A DNA stretch of 63,054 nucleotides, filler included, from Gemmatimonadota bacterium (GCA_003697105.1; 4 parts of 4 records of this genome joined end to end with filler, not necessarily neighbours in it), one strand, 5' to 3'; shown: positions 37,310 through 47,994, counted from the whole stretch's first letter. Made by a program: numbers and translations. The notes: generated by a model from the letters alone, not told the origin.

Positions 37310-38896
37310 TTACCGGTAGCGAGAAAATGGAATGGGTGAGATAAACGGCTCGCGGTCTTTCATCAGTTGCTCCCACTCATTGATGATATAGTCCCCCACG
37401 CGCAAGGCGTTGGCGGCAATTGTTAAACTGGGATTCACACCGGTCGCCGTAGGCATAAAACTACTATCCACAACGAACAAATTCGGTACATTAAAAAATC
37501 GACAGTAAGGGTCAAGTACGCCGTCTTCAGGGTGATGCGCCATCCGGCATCCTCCCATCAAATAGGCAAAATTTCGGATCGGATACCGTGCGATGCGGCG
37601 TGCCCCCGCCTGACGGAGAATCTTAGCGGCTTGCCGGGAAAGCGCCCACCGGGCAAATCGGTCTCGCCACGTGTACCGGTGATGAACTTGCGCAATTGGC
37701 AAGCCGTAAAAATCTTTTTTATGAGGATTTAACGTGATATGGTTGCGGAAACGTGGTAAATCTTCCGCGAGACAATGTAAATGGAGTTGGTAATCTGCTT
37801 GGTTCGCTTTGAGCGCCCCCCACCCGTGAGACATTTCCGCCGCGATATATTCTGCCGGAGGTACTTGCATCCCCTGAATCATCCCCCAGTGACCTTTTGG
37901 AAACCGCTTTTCCCGCCCATAATAGAAATCAGCAATCCCCATTTGTTTGGTCAGGCGCTGGTCGGGGTTGGGTTGTTCCGGAAAGGTACCCGCAACTAAA
38001 CTCGCACAATGGCGCATCAAATAGCGTCCTAATAATTTCCCGTTTGGATCAACGTTTGCCAATCCGGATTGAATCAACAAGCGTGTGGTGGAGATAGAGC
38101 CACAACCCACCACAAATAGCTTTGCGGAAATGGTAAAGGTATCTTGTAATTCAGAGTCATAGCACTTTACCCCATGAACGAGGTTGTTCCGGTAAACCAA
38201 CTCCAACGCCATCGTGTTGTGGAGTACGGTGACGCCGTGCCGGATCGCTTCCGGTAAAACGGTGGTTACTACATCATTTTTGGCGCATATCTTACACGGA
38301 AAGCGCTCACATTTTGCACATTGGATGCAGGCTTCTCGTGCCGGGTCATCACCAAAATGGATAGCTAAAGGAAGTGGAAAAGGACGTAGCCCTAATGTTT
38401 CTGCGGCAGTACATAGCCGGCGGACGGGTTCAGTGTATGCGGGGGCGGCTTGTGGGAAGCTACCTGCGCGGGGGGGTTCGGTAGGGTCTGCCCCTTTTGT
38501 TCCAGCAACACCGAGCAAATGTTCGGCTTGATCGTAATACGGGGCTAAATCTGTGTATGACAGGGGCCAATCGACATATCCTTTTTGCGGAAAACGAGAA
38601 TTCATCTCAAAGTCGGCTTCTCGCATCCGTAAGGCAACCGCGCCGTAAAAAATCGAGCTGCCGCCAACGGCTTCATCGGGGTAGATCATTTGGCGCTTGT
38701 TCTCGAACGGGGTCAGGCTTTTATATGTGCGGTCAAGGAGAATCTGCCGGGTATCCCACGCCTGCTCTCGATCAACCCATTGTCCCCGCTCCAAAATAAC
38801 GACACGCCGTCCCGCTTGTGCTAATTTCAAAGCGGTCATGGCGCCACCAAATCCGCTACCAATGATAATTACGTCCCATCGTTTATCTTCTGCCAT
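37310..38896 (-). CDS. GMC family FAD oxidoreductase
   Basis: IIGSGFGG FAD motif, VGGSS, CxxCxxC...C, NLFVVDSS, NPSLTIAANA. Confidence 0.92.
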   Translation of the reverse strand: MAEDKRWDVIIIGSGFGGAMTALKLAQAGRRVVILERGQWVDREQAWDTRQILLDRTYKSLTPFENKRQMIYPDEAVGGSSIFYGAVALRMREADFEMNSRFPQKGYVDWPLSYTDLAPYYDQAEHLLGVAGTKGADPTEPPRAGSFPQAAPAYTEPVRRLCTAAETLGLRPFPLPLAIHFGDDPAREACIQCAKCERFPCKICAKNDVVTTVLPEAIRHGVTVLHNTMALELVYRNNLVHGVKCYDSELQDTFTISAKLFVVGCGSISTTRLLIQSGLANVDPNGKLLGRYLMRHCASLVAGTFPEQPNPDQRLTKQMGIADFYYGREKRFPKGHWGMIQGMQVPPAEYIAAEMSHGWGALKANQADYQLHLHCLAEDLPRFRNHITLNPHKKDFYGLPIAQVHHRYTWRDRFARWALSRQAAKILRQAGARRIARYPIRNFAYLMGGCRMAHHPEDGVLDPYCRFFNVPNLFVVDSSFMPTATGVNPSLTIAANALRVGDYIINEWEQLMKDREPFISPIPFSRYR

Positions 38897-39016
38897 ACGC
38901 TGTTCTGTCGTTCCGTTCCATATTTTGTTTGAGTGATCAGAATGTCAAATTTGCCGGTTGAAAATAGGCGAAACCCTTCCAAATGTCAACCCTTGCCTCT
39001 CCGCTGTTGTCATGAG

Positions 39017-39063
39017 ACTCCCCCACTCCCCAACTCCCAAACTCCCAAACTCATCAAACTCCC
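39017..39063. repeat. Short degenerate tandem repeat (ACTCCCAA-type, 6 units)
   Basis: ACTCCCCC ACTCCCCA ACTCCCAA ACTCCCAA ACTCATCAA ACTCCC. Confidence 0.85.
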
Positions 39064-39198
39064 GCAAATTTAGCTTGACTTTCATTCTTTTTTGGTACAT
39101 ATATCCGCTGTTTTCCAAGGTTATTTAACCCATTTAAGAGTTGCTGTTAAGCAACATTCTCAATTTCCATCATTTTAGATGAGGAGGGAACAAGTCAA

Positions 39199-40380
39199 AT
39201 GAAAAAGTTCATTTTGTCTTGTATAGTTTTGGGGGTATTTTTGGCAGCATCCGTACAGGCTATTTCGCTCACGGATTATAAATTTCCGGAAAGCACGTCG
39301 CAGGAGGCGTATTTGAACGGTGCATTCAATCTGGGGGGGGATTCGAACGAGGAAACCGAAGTGGGTTATGATTTTCGGGGGTCATCTTCGTACCGCTTAG
39401 ATTACCGCTCTTTACCTTTTAGTTACAATCTGGATATTCTCGGTGATTTCAACGTTGAAAAAGACCGGTCGAAAGATGCCGAGAGCCAAGACTCGTACCA
39501 ACTATCGGCGACAACAACTGCCGATAAATACTTTAGCAATGAATCCAGCCTATTTGGGTACGGATCGCTCTTTTTTGATTATCAAAAACCATTTGGTGCC
39601 GATGATGCTCTGGATCCATACATCCAAATTGGTGCGGGTATTGGTTATGGACGGACTATCAATGCCACGGTTCTGAAGCAAGCCATTCGGATGAACAATG
39701 ACTTTAAGAAATATAACGTTATCACAGGGGATATGCCCGATGCTTCGTTATTGGAACTCGCGGCAATCATTGATAAAGAAAGTGAATATCGCAGCCGTTA
39801 TGGGGGAGTAGAGTACCGGAAGTATTGGTACGAAGATATGGAAGAAGTGGTGGCGAAAAGCGGCGTAATGGCCGGTGACAATTTAGGTGCGATTGGGATT
39901 GTCCGCATTCAAGAAGTCTTAGACGAACCCACCGCCCAACGCTATCACGGTTGGAATGTGCGAGCAGGTATCGGGGTCGTTCTTCAGGACTATGCCGGTG
40001 AACAAGGTGATCCGTTGCTGGAAGCCAGCTATAACTGGACGCGGCCCTTGAGCTTAGCGTTGCAACTCACGAATACGCTCTCATTGCAGACCGTTTTTCA
40101 AGATGACCAGGTGTACAACATTGAAAATCGCTTCCGGGCGGACTATGAAATTTCAAACCGGATCGATTGGTACAACATCGCGACTATTGGTTATGATTTG
40201 CAAACCGCTGATGATGTTGAAGATGTATTGCGTATTTCGCTGAATAGTACTTACATTTTCTACATTGAAAATCAATTGAGTTTCAACCCGGAATTTCAGT
40301 TTAACTATCTGGATAATGGCGTGGATGATGCGTTTTCCGAGTGGGCACTTTTGGGTAGTATCAGTTATCGTTTGCGCTAA
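39199..40380 (+). CDS. Probable outer-membrane beta-barrel protein
   Basis: Signal peptide, alternating aromatic strands, central helical insert, C-terminal ISYRLR. Confidence 0.7.
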   Translation: MKKFILSCIVLGVFLAASVQAISLTDYKFPESTSQEAYLNGAFNLGGDSNEETEVGYDFRGSSSYRLDYRSLPFSYNLDILGDFNVEKDRSKDAESQDSYQLSATTTADKYFSNESSLFGYGSLFFDYQKPFGADDALDPYIQIGAGIGYGRTINATVLKQAIRMNNDFKKYNVITGDMPDASLLELAAIIDKESEYRSRYGGVEYRKYWYEDMEEVVAKSGVMAGDNLGAIGIVRIQEVLDEPTAQRYHGWNVRAGIGVVLQDYAGEQGDPLLEASYNWTRPLSLALQLTNTLSLQTVFQDDQVYNIENRFRADYEISNRIDWYNIATIGYDLQTADDVEDVLRISLNSTYIFYIENQLSFNPEFQFNYLDNGVDDAFSEWALLGSISYRLR

Positions 40381-40409
40381 GTCTGATTTCAATCCGGTGA
40401 TGTTGTTTT

Positions 40410-40442
40410 CGGGAATGGTTTATAAAAGCCATTCCCGTTTTT
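40410..40442 (+). terminator. Intrinsic terminator
   Basis: CGGGAATGG...CCATTCCCG followed by TTTTT. Confidence 0.75.
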
Positions 40443-40451
40443 ATTTGAACG

Positions 40452-40480
40452 TTGACAAATAGTGACTTTTGTGATAAAGT
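40452..40480 (+). promoter_or_regulatory. Sigma70-type promoter for fabD-mreBCD-mrdA
   Basis: TTGACA-17 nt-TAAAGT. Confidence 0.55.
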
Positions 40481-40546
40481 ACATCGGAATTTTGCAGTGA
40501 TTTGTTACCCGTTTACACTAAAATCAGCGAAAAAGGATATTTACCA

Positions 40547-41485
40547 ATGCAAAACATGCAAGTGGGCTTTCTATTTCCCGGACAAGGATCGCAATATGTC
40601 GGGATGGGTAAAGACCTTTACAATAATTTCAAAAAAGCCCGAGAAATTTACGAAGAAGCAAACGACATTTTAGGGTTTGATCTGGCAAAACTCTCTTTTG
40701 AGGGTCCTGCGGATGAACTTACCAAAACCTTGAACACCCAACCCGCCATCTTAGTACACAGTGTCGCCGCGATGAAATTGCTCCAATTGGAAGGTGTGAT
40801 GCCGGTGGTTGCCGCGGGACACAGTCTGGGAGAGTTTACAGCGCATGTATGTGCAGGATCGATGCGCTTTGCGGATGCACTTTCGACAGTGCGTTTACGG
40901 GGCGAACTGATGTATGAATCCGGTGTTAAACAGCCGGGGACAATGGCCGCCGTGATCGGGTTGGAAAATGCGGTTGTTGATGATATGTGCCGGCAAGCGA
41001 GTGCCAAAGGCATCTGCCAAGCGGCAAATTACAACGGTGGTGGGCAGATTGTTATCTCCGGTGAGGTGGATGCCGTCCAATACGGGATGGAACTCGCCAA
41101 ACAAGCCGGAGCGGCAAAAGTAGTGCAATTGCAGGTCAGTGGCGCATTTCACTCTAAATTGATGGAATATGCTAGTGCCGGTCTCACTGCTAAATTAGAA
41201 TCCATTGAAATTCAGGATGCCCAAATACCGGTGATTGCTAATGTCAGTGCCCAACCGGTACAAAAAGCGGCAGATATCCGGCAAACACTCATTGACCAGT
41301 TAAGCAATGCGGTTCGGTGGGAGCAAAGCATGAAATATATTGCCAGTATGCCGGTAACAACCCTGGTGGAACTCGGACCTGGCAAGGTATTGAAAGGGCT
41401 AATGCGCCGGATTGACCGACGTGTTAAAGTTTTAAATGTGGAAGATGGCCGCTCATTTGAACAAACATTTCACACGCTCTTTTAG
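40547..41485 (+). CDS. fabD: Malonyl-CoA:ACP transacylase
   Basis: FLFPGQGSQ, TQPAI, GHSLGE, VSGAFHS, VRW, ELGPG. Confidence 0.98.
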   Translation: MQNMQVGFLFPGQGSQYVGMGKDLYNNFKKAREIYEEANDILGFDLAKLSFEGPADELTKTLNTQPAILVHSVAAMKLLQLEGVMPVVAAGHSLGEFTAHVCAGSMRFADALSTVRLRGELMYESGVKQPGTMAAVIGLENAVVDDMCRQASAKGICQAANYNGGGQIVISGEVDAVQYGMELAKQAGAAKVVQLQVSGAFHSKLMEYASAGLTAKLESIEIQDAQIPVIANVSAQPVQKAADIRQTLIDQLSNAVRWEQSMKYIASMPVTTLVELGPGKVLKGLMRRIDRRVKVLNVEDGRSFEQTFHTLF

Positions 41486-41503
41486 TAAGGAGACTATCCG
41501 GGA

Positions 41504-42526
41504 ATGGACTTTTTATCAAAATGGTTAATGAATGATATTTCAATCGATTTGGGCACGGCAAACACCCTCGTTTACGTGCGGGGTAGAGGTATTGTCCTCA
41601 ATGAGCCTTCTGTTGTCGCCGTAAAGCGGGACAACCGCGATGTCATTGCGGTAGGGCATCAAGCGAAAGCAATGCTCGGGAAAACCCCGGGAGACATCGA
41701 AGCGATCCGGCCGATGAAAGATGGCGTGATTGCTGATTTTCAAGTCACGGAGAAAATGCTGGCTCACTTTATCCAAAAAGTAATCAAGCGCTCCTTTTTG
41801 ACCAAACCGCGCGTAATTGTGTGTGTCCCTTCGGGGATCACGGAAGTCGAAAAACGTGCCGTCAAGCAATCCGGAGAACATGCCGGAGCGAGTACCGTTT
41901 TGATGGTCTCCGAACCGATTGCCGCAGCAATTGGCGTTCATTTGCCGGTTCATGAACCTTCCGGCAATATGATCATCGACATTGGCGGCGGCACCACGGA
42001 AATCGCCGTGATCGCCCTCTCCGGAATTGTCTGTAACACCTCGATTCGTGTCGGCGGTGATGAAATGGATGAAGCCATCGTCCAATATCTGAAAAAAGCG
42101 TATAATCTGTTAATCGGGGATCAGACTGCCGAACTTATCAAAATGGAGATCGGTTCTGCTTACCCGTTGGAAGAAGAATTGGAGATGGAAGTCAAAGGGC
42201 GGGATCTGGTCAACGGAATCCCGAAGACGATCAAAATTACCTCACAGGAAATCCGGGAATCCCTGTTGGAATCTACAACGGCGATTGTAGATGCGGTCAA
42301 GCTCGCCCTAGAGCAAACGCCACCGGAACTCGCGGCAGACATTGTCGATAAAGGTATTGTCATGACTGGCGGCGGCTCGCTTTTGCGGGGTCTAGATGCA
42401 TTGCTCCGGGAAGAAACAAATTTACCAATCAATGTCGTGGAAGACCCGCTATCGTGCGTCGTGCTGGGTACCGGACGTATCTTGGAAAATCTGAAGCATT
42501 TTGATAAAGTCCTCTTGAAAGAATAA
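41504..42526 (+). CDS. mreB: Rod shape-determining protein MreB
   Basis: [31 protein letters not shown]. Confidence 0.99.
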   Translation: MDFLSKWLMNDISIDLGTANTLVYVRGRGIVLNEPSVVAVKRDNRDVIAVGHQAKAMLGKTPGDIEAIRPMKDGVIADFQVTEKMLAHFIQKVIKRSFLTKPRVIVCVPSGITEVEKRAVKQSGEHAGASTVLMVSEPIAAAIGVHLPVHEPSGNMIIDIGGGTTEIAVIALSGIVCNTSIRVGGDEMDEAIVQYLKKAYNLLIGDQTAELIKMEIGSAYPLEEELEMEVKGRDLVNGIPKTIKITSQEIRESLLESTTAIVDAVKLALEQTPPELAADIVDKGIVMTGGGSLLRGLDALLREETNLPINVVEDPLSCVVLGTGRILENLKHFDKVLLKE

Positions 42527-42543
42527 ATGAGTGGTTCTCATTG

Positions 42544-43338
42544 ATGACACGGTGGTTATCCTCTTTCAAACCGGAAACGTATGTGTTCCTCATATTAGTG
42601 TTGTTTGGATTGATTTTGCTCTTTTTGAACACTACTTATAAAGAAATCACCACACGTTGGCTCTCCGGCACGGTTTTTCTACCTTATTACACCGCTTTAG
42701 ATATTCTACCAAAATACCGGCGTTTGGCGCTGGAAAATGAACAGTTACAACAACAAGTCATCCGGCTCTCAGTCGAAAATGAGCAGGCGCGCTCTGCTTT
42801 GGCTGAAAATCAGCGCCTCAAGCAATTACTAGATTTCAAAGCCGAGCATTCCTACCACTTTATATCGGCTCGAATCCTCCGCCAGTTCTACAATGGACGT
42901 AGTTTATCTCTGGTGCTGGACAAAGGTCGCACCGCAGGTATTGCGATAAATCAAGCTGTCGTGACGCCTGCCGGACTCATTGGGCGGATCATTTCTGCCG
43001 AACCCTCTACAGCAATTGTGCAAACCCTGTATGACCCGAATTGCCGCGTCGGGGCTCGTCTCCAGCACAGCCGGGCAATCGGTATTGCGCTGTGGGAAAG
43101 TGGACCTTTCCTTCGCCTGAAGAACATCCCGATTGATACCGATATTCAACCTCAAGAACTGGCGATTACCTCCGGGATGGGCGGTATTTTTCCGGCTGGA
43201 TTTCCGGTGGGTCGCGTGGTCAATGTCCAGCGAGAGCACACCGGACTTTTTTTTGAAGTGCAACTGGCACCCGCGGCGGATTTCTCCCGTCTGGATCACG
43301 TGTTTGTTACCCGCGTGGACTCCCTAAATTCACCTTAG
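42544..43338 (+). CDS. mreC: Rod shape-determining protein MreC
   Basis: ENQRLKQLL, DKG, GLIGRI, TSGMGGIFPAG; synteny. Confidence 0.95.
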   Translation: MTRWLSSFKPETYVFLILVLFGLILLFLNTTYKEITTRWLSGTVFLPYYTALDILPKYRRLALENEQLQQQVIRLSVENEQARSALAENQRLKQLLDFKAEHSYHFISARILRQFYNGRSLSLVLDKGRTAGIAINQAVVTPAGLIGRIISAEPSTAIVQTLYDPNCRVGARLQHSRAIGIALWESGPFLRLKNIPIDTDIQPQELAITSGMGGIFPAGFPVGRVVNVQREHTGLFFEVQLAPAADFSRLDHVFVTRVDSLNSP

Positions 43339-43371
43339 ATTTTCCGCTTTGATAGCTCGGATGGTCTGCCT

Positions 43372-43896
43372 GTGAAACATGTTTTTCGGATTCTCACATT
43401 AGTACTGCTCTGGATCGCCACGGAAGTCTGGCTATTAGACAAACTGGTCCTGATGGATCACGTTCGGATTGAGCTTTTCATCATCACGGTGGTCTTTTTT
43501 GCGATTCACAACGGGGTTCTTGCTGGTACCTTGATGGGTTTTGTTCTGGGTCTCTTGCAAGACACCACGTTGACCGCCTCACTGGGCGCCGGAACGCTTG
43601 CCAAAACTATTCTAGGTTATTCATTTGGGCGTACCAAAGACCAATTGATGACAACCAGTATTCTGACACAATGTTTGATCGCTTTTAGCGCGGTCGTTGC
43701 CCATAATCTACTTTACGCGTTTTTTCTTTGGCTTCGCGATGGTTTTGGGCAAGGATTATGGCATCTTCGCCCAGAAGTTAAAGAAATGTTGCTTGCCTTC
43801 ACGGTGCAAAATGGAATTTATACGGCATTGGTGACGCCGATTTTGCTAGGGATTACCTATTTGATTCTCCATTTGTCTTTACGGATCGAACGGTAA
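43372..43896 (+). CDS. mreD: Rod shape-determining protein MreD
   Basis: Hydrophobic, GFVLGLLQD motif; synteny. Confidence 0.9.
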   Translation: MKHVFRILTLVLLWIATEVWLLDKLVLMDHVRIELFIITVVFFAIHNGVLAGTLMGFVLGLLQDTTLTASLGAGTLAKTILGYSFGRTKDQLMTTSILTQCLIAFSAVVAHNLLYAFFLWLRDGFGQGLWHLRPEVKEMLLAFTVQNGIYTALVTPILLGITYLILHLSLRIER

Positions 43897-45707
43897 TGGC
43901 AGAATATAAAAATCTGAAAGAACAACAAGAGCGTGCCCCGTTTGCTTATTTTTTGATCGTGTTGATGTTGTTTGTTCTCGTAATCCGTTTGGCAACACTC
44001 CAACTGTTCCAAAAAGAAGAATTTAGCCGGCTATCGGAAGAAAATCGAATCCGGTTGGTACCCATTCAAGCTCCTCGCGGGATCATCCGGGATCGAAATG
44101 GCGTTATTCTCGCGGATAATTACCCTTCCTACACCATTTCGATTATCCCGTACCAATTGCCTCCCAAAGAGACTGAAGAGACCATCCGCCGCCTGAGCCG
44201 CCTGTTGAATATCCCCACACCGGAAATTGAACAAAAATTAAAATCACCTAAAACCCATGCCTTTTCACCTGTACGCATTACGCAAAATGTGACGATGCAA
44301 ACCGTGACCATGGTGGAAGAGCACGTTCTGGAACTGCCCGGCGTGGTGGTACAAGTGGAGCCACGCCGTCGTTACCCGTTTGGCACATTAGGCGCGCATG
44401 TTCTGGGGTATTTGGGTGAGATTACTCGGGAAGAACTCGCCAAATTGCGGTCGCAGGGGTATGGATATGGGGATATGATCGGGCGCTACGGGTTGGAGCG
44501 CCAATACGAACCGTGGTTACGCGGGAAAGATGGCTTGGAATTTGAGGAAGTCACCGCCCGGGGGCAACGGCTGGGACGGGTGGAAAACCGGCCGACCATC
44601 GAACCTCAACCGGGAGCAGACCTGACCCTAACCCTAGATTATACCGTGCAACATGCCATGGAACAGGCGTTTGAAACGGTTGAAATTGCCGCCGGCGCCG
44701 CGATTGACCCCCGGACAGGCGAAGTGCTGGCACTTGCCAGTAAACCCGCATTCGACCCGAATGCGTTTGCCACGGGAATTCAACCTCAAGAGTGGCGAAG
44801 TCTCATCTTCAACGCGCAAAAACCGCTATTGGACCGCGCTATTCAAAGCAGTTATCCCCCCGGTTCAACCTTCAAAGTCGTGACCGCTGCCGCCGGATTG
44901 GAATATGGCAAAATCAGTGAAACAACCAAAATGCCGCGTTCCTGCGTGGGCGGATTCAGCTACGGACGGGGCTATTTTGGTTGCTGGAAAAAAGAAGGGC
45001 ACGGACGGATGAATGTGCATGAGGCGATCATGCAATCCTGTGACGTGTTTTTCTACCAACTGGGTTTGCAATTGGGGGTCGAGACGTTGTGCCATTTTGC
45101 CAAACAATGTGGTTTAGGACGCAAAACTGGTATTGACTTACCTCAGGAACGGGCGGGCTTAATTCCGTCACCTGAGTGGTACGACCGGGCGTATGGCGAA
45201 CAAGGCTGGACTGAAGGCGTGATTATTAGTGTCGCAATTGGGCAAGGTGAAGTATTGGCGTCTCCACTGCAGATGGCGAATTTGACAGCGGGTATCGCAA
45301 ATGATGGTATTTATTACACCCCTCATCTCCTCAAGCGGGTTTCTTCTCTGCCCGATACCAGCAAGCCGCTTCCCATGCCCACCATTCAGACCCACCGTTT
45401 ACCCTATTCGGCGTCCACTCTCCGCATCATTCAAAATGCAATGCGGGATGTGGTAAACAGCGATCGCGGTACCGCACGCCGTGCCCGAATCAAAGGAATT
45501 GAGGTGTGCGGCAAGACGGGAACCTCCCAAAATCCGCATGGCGAAGACCACGCCTGGTTCATAGCGTATGCCCCCTATGAAAACCCCGAAATTGCTCTCG
45601 CCATTGTGGTGGAAAATGGGGGGAGTGGTGGTCGTGTTGCGGCACCGCTGGCTCAAAAAGTGCTGCAAGCGTACTTTGAAGCAGATCATCACCAAACCCT
45701 CCCCTGA
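43896..45707 (+). CDS. mrdA: Penicillin-binding protein 2
   Basis: RGIIRDRNG, YPPGSTFK, SCD, GKTGTSQ, HAWF. Confidence 0.97.
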   Translation: MAEYKNLKEQQERAPFAYFLIVLMLFVLVIRLATLQLFQKEEFSRLSEENRIRLVPIQAPRGIIRDRNGVILADNYPSYTISIIPYQLPPKETEETIRRLSRLLNIPTPEIEQKLKSPKTHAFSPVRITQNVTMQTVTMVEEHVLELPGVVVQVEPRRRYPFGTLGAHVLGYLGEITREELAKLRSQGYGYGDMIGRYGLERQYEPWLRGKDGLEFEEVTARGQRLGRVENRPTIEPQPGADLTLTLDYTVQHAMEQAFETVEIAAGAAIDPRTGEVLALASKPAFDPNAFATGIQPQEWRSLIFNAQKPLLDRAIQSSYPPGSTFKVVTAAAGLEYGKISETTKMPRSCVGGFSYGRGYFGCWKKEGHGRMNVHEAIMQSCDVFFYQLGLQLGVETLCHFAKQCGLGRKTGIDLPQERAGLIPSPEWYDRAYGEQGWTEGVIISVAIGQGEVLASPLQMANLTAGIANDGIYYTPHLLKRVSSLPDTSKPLPMPTIQTHRLPYSASTLRIIQNAMRDVVNSDRGTARRARIKGIEVCGKTGTSQNPHGEDHAWFIAYAPYENPEIALAIVVENGGSGGRVAAPLAQKVLQAYFEADHHQTLP

Positions 45708-45732
45708 ATGGCAATTACCGTGTAAAAGACTG

Positions 45733-45761
45733 TTGACAAAATAGATTAACTAGCCTATTTT
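45733..45761 (+). promoter_or_regulatory. Sigma70-type promoter for rpsA
   Basis: TTGACA-17 nt-TATTTT. Confidence 0.55.
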
Positions 45762-45864
45762 ACGCCAACATTTTGGCAAATTTTTGTTAAAAATGGAATT
45801 CACACCAGCGCTAACGGGCGGCGCCAAAGACCCGAATCTAAATTTCAAGGAGGTATATCGTTTT

Positions 45865-47970
45865 ATGTCTAATTCTGATAAACCGGCTCCCGAAGAAAAA
45901 AACATTCAGGAGACGGAAGAGCACGTTCCACAACCCCAAGCGGATGGAGGTGATGCGACGGCAACCGAACAATCACCGGTTGATGAATCCACCTCGTCAC
46001 CAGCTGAAGGTGATGACTCTCAATCACACGAACCTTCTGTCACCGCAGAAACTGTGGCGGAAGAGATGGACGTAGAATTGCGTCCGATTCGCGAAGCCAC
46101 CGAGGATGAAGGCGAACTGATTGCCGGCTCGCTAGATTTCGAGGATGACGAGTACACCAGTGAGGAATACGAAGCACTCATCCGCGGTTACGAAGAAACC
46201 TTGCGCGAACTCGAAGAAGGCGAAGTCGTGAGCGGACGGGTCGTTCATGTCACCGAAGATAACATCACCGTGGATGTCGGCTTCAAATCTGAAGGGATTA
46301 TCCCACGACATGAATTCCCAGAAGGGGAAGAGATCCATGTGGGAGATGAGGTCGAAGTGTATCTGGAACGGATGGAAGACCAAGACGGCGTGGTCGTTCT
46401 ATCGAAAAAGCGGGCAGATTTCATGCGGGTTTGGAACCGTATCAAAGACGCCTATGATAATCAGGAAATTGTAGAAGGAACACTGATGCGTCGCATCAAG
46501 GGCGGTATTGTGGTCAACTTGATGGGTGTCGATGCCTTTCTACCCGGTTCCCAAATTGACCTGCGCCAAGTGCCGGATATGGATTCCCTGATCGGGCAAA
46601 AGATGCGTTTTAAGGTGATCAAGCTCAACAAAAAACGCCGCAATATCGTGATCTCACGCCGGGTGGTCTTAGAAGAAGAGCGCGAACAGAAGAAAAAAGA
46701 GATCATCTCCGATCTGGAAGTGGGACAAGTCCGCGAAGGATATGTCAAAAATATTACGGATTTCGGCGCCTTTATCGATTTGGGCGGTATTGACGGGTTG
46801 TTACACATCACAGATATGTCATGGGGTCGCATGAAGCACCCGTCTGAAATCGTCAGTATCGGTGATAAAATCAATGTCAAGATTTTGGAATTTGACCGGG
46901 AGCGCGAACGGCTTTCCTTAGGTCTGAAGCAATTAACCCCTCACCCGTGGGAAAATATCAATGAAAAATACCACGAAGGCCAACGCGTAATGGGGCGTGT
47001 GGTGAGTATCACGGATTACGGTGCCTTTATCGAAATCGAAAAGGGTATTGAAGGGTTGATTCACATTTCAGAAATGTCATGGACGAAAAAGATTCATCAC
47101 CCCAGTCAAGTTGTCGAAATGGGCGATGAAGTCGAAGCCGTAATTCTTAAAATTGATGCCGAAGAGCAGAAAATTTCATTAGGTCTCAAGCAGACCGAAC
47201 CCGACCCATGGGAAGTTCTGGAAGAACGCTACCCCGTAGGCTCGAAAGTGCGCGGTATTGTGCGGAATCTGACTGCCTTTGGCGCTTTCATTGAAATCGA
47301 AGAAGGCATCGACGGATTGGTGCATATCTCTGATATGTCATGGACTCGCCGTATCCACCATCCCAGCGAAGTTGTCCATAAAGGGGATGAAATTGACGTT
47401 GTCATTTTAGGTATTGATAAAGATCGCCGCCGGGTCTCCTTAGGGATCAAACAATTGATCGACGACCCGTGGGATGAATTGGAACAAATTTACGTTGTGG
47501 GTAAAGAAACCCAAGGTAAAGTGGTGAAACTCCTCGAACAAGGCGTTGTCGTGGAATTGCCGGATGATGTCGAAGGTTTTGTCCCGATTTCCCATCTGGC
47601 AAAAGATGACCTTGAAAAACCAGCGGATACGTTCAAGGTGGATGATGAATTGCCATTGAAGGTGATCGATTTTGATAAACGCAACAAGCGGATCGTCCTG
47701 AGTGTGAAAGCCTATTTTGAGGATAAAGAAGCGGCGGAGTTGGAAGAATATATGATGAAGTACAGCCAGTCCGAAGGCGAAACCTTAGGCGATGTACTGG
47801 GTGACGCAACTCCGGTGGCGGGAACGCCAGCAGAACCGGAAGCAGAACCAACTCCTGAAGAAACTCCCGCCGAACAACACCCGGAAGAGCCTACCCCGGA
47901 AAACGCAAGCCCAGAAGAGAGTGACCCCGCACCCGCAGAAGAAGAAACTGCGGAACCGGAAGCCGAATAG
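45865..47970 (+). CDS. rpsA: 30S ribosomal protein S1 (six S1 domains, acidic terminal extensions)
   Basis: KSEG, AFLPGSQID, repeated FGAFI..G.DGL.HI.DMSW; AAGGAGG RBS. Confidence 0.98.
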   Translation: MSNSDKPAPEEKNIQETEEHVPQPQADGGDATATEQSPVDESTSSPAEGDDSQSHEPSVTAETVAEEMDVELRPIREATEDEGELIAGSLDFEDDEYTSEEYEALIRGYEETLRELEEGEVVSGRVVHVTEDNITVDVGFKSEGIIPRHEFPEGEEIHVGDEVEVYLERMEDQDGVVVLSKKRADFMRVWNRIKDAYDNQEIVEGTLMRRIKGGIVVNLMGVDAFLPGSQIDLRQVPDMDSLIGQKMRFKVIKLNKKRRNIVISRRVVLEEEREQKKKEIISDLEVGQVREGYVKNITDFGAFIDLGGIDGLLHITDMSWGRMKHPSEIVSIGDKINVKILEFDRERERLSLGLKQLTPHPWENINEKYHEGQRVMGRVVSITDYGAFIEIEKGIEGLIHISEMSWTKKIHHPSQVVEMGDEVEAVILKIDAEEQKISLGLKQTEPDPWEVLEERYPVGSKVRGIVRNLTAFGAFIEIEEGIDGLVHISDMSWTRRIHHPSEVVHKGDEIDVVILGIDKDRRRVSLGIKQLIDDPWDELEQIYVVGKETQGKVVKLLEQGVVVELPDDVEGFVPISHLAKDDLEKPADTFKVDDELPLKVIDFDKRNKRIVLSVKAYFEDKEAAELEEYMMKYSQSEGETLGDVLGDATPVAGTPAEPEAEPTPEETPAEQHPEEPTPENASPEESDPAPAEEETAEPEAE

Positions 47971-47994
47971 TTCCGTTTGTGGCACATCTCGATT

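Noticed and set aside
39017-39063. CRISPR array
   Set aside because: Units are 8-9 nt with no spacers, and no cas genes are in the window.
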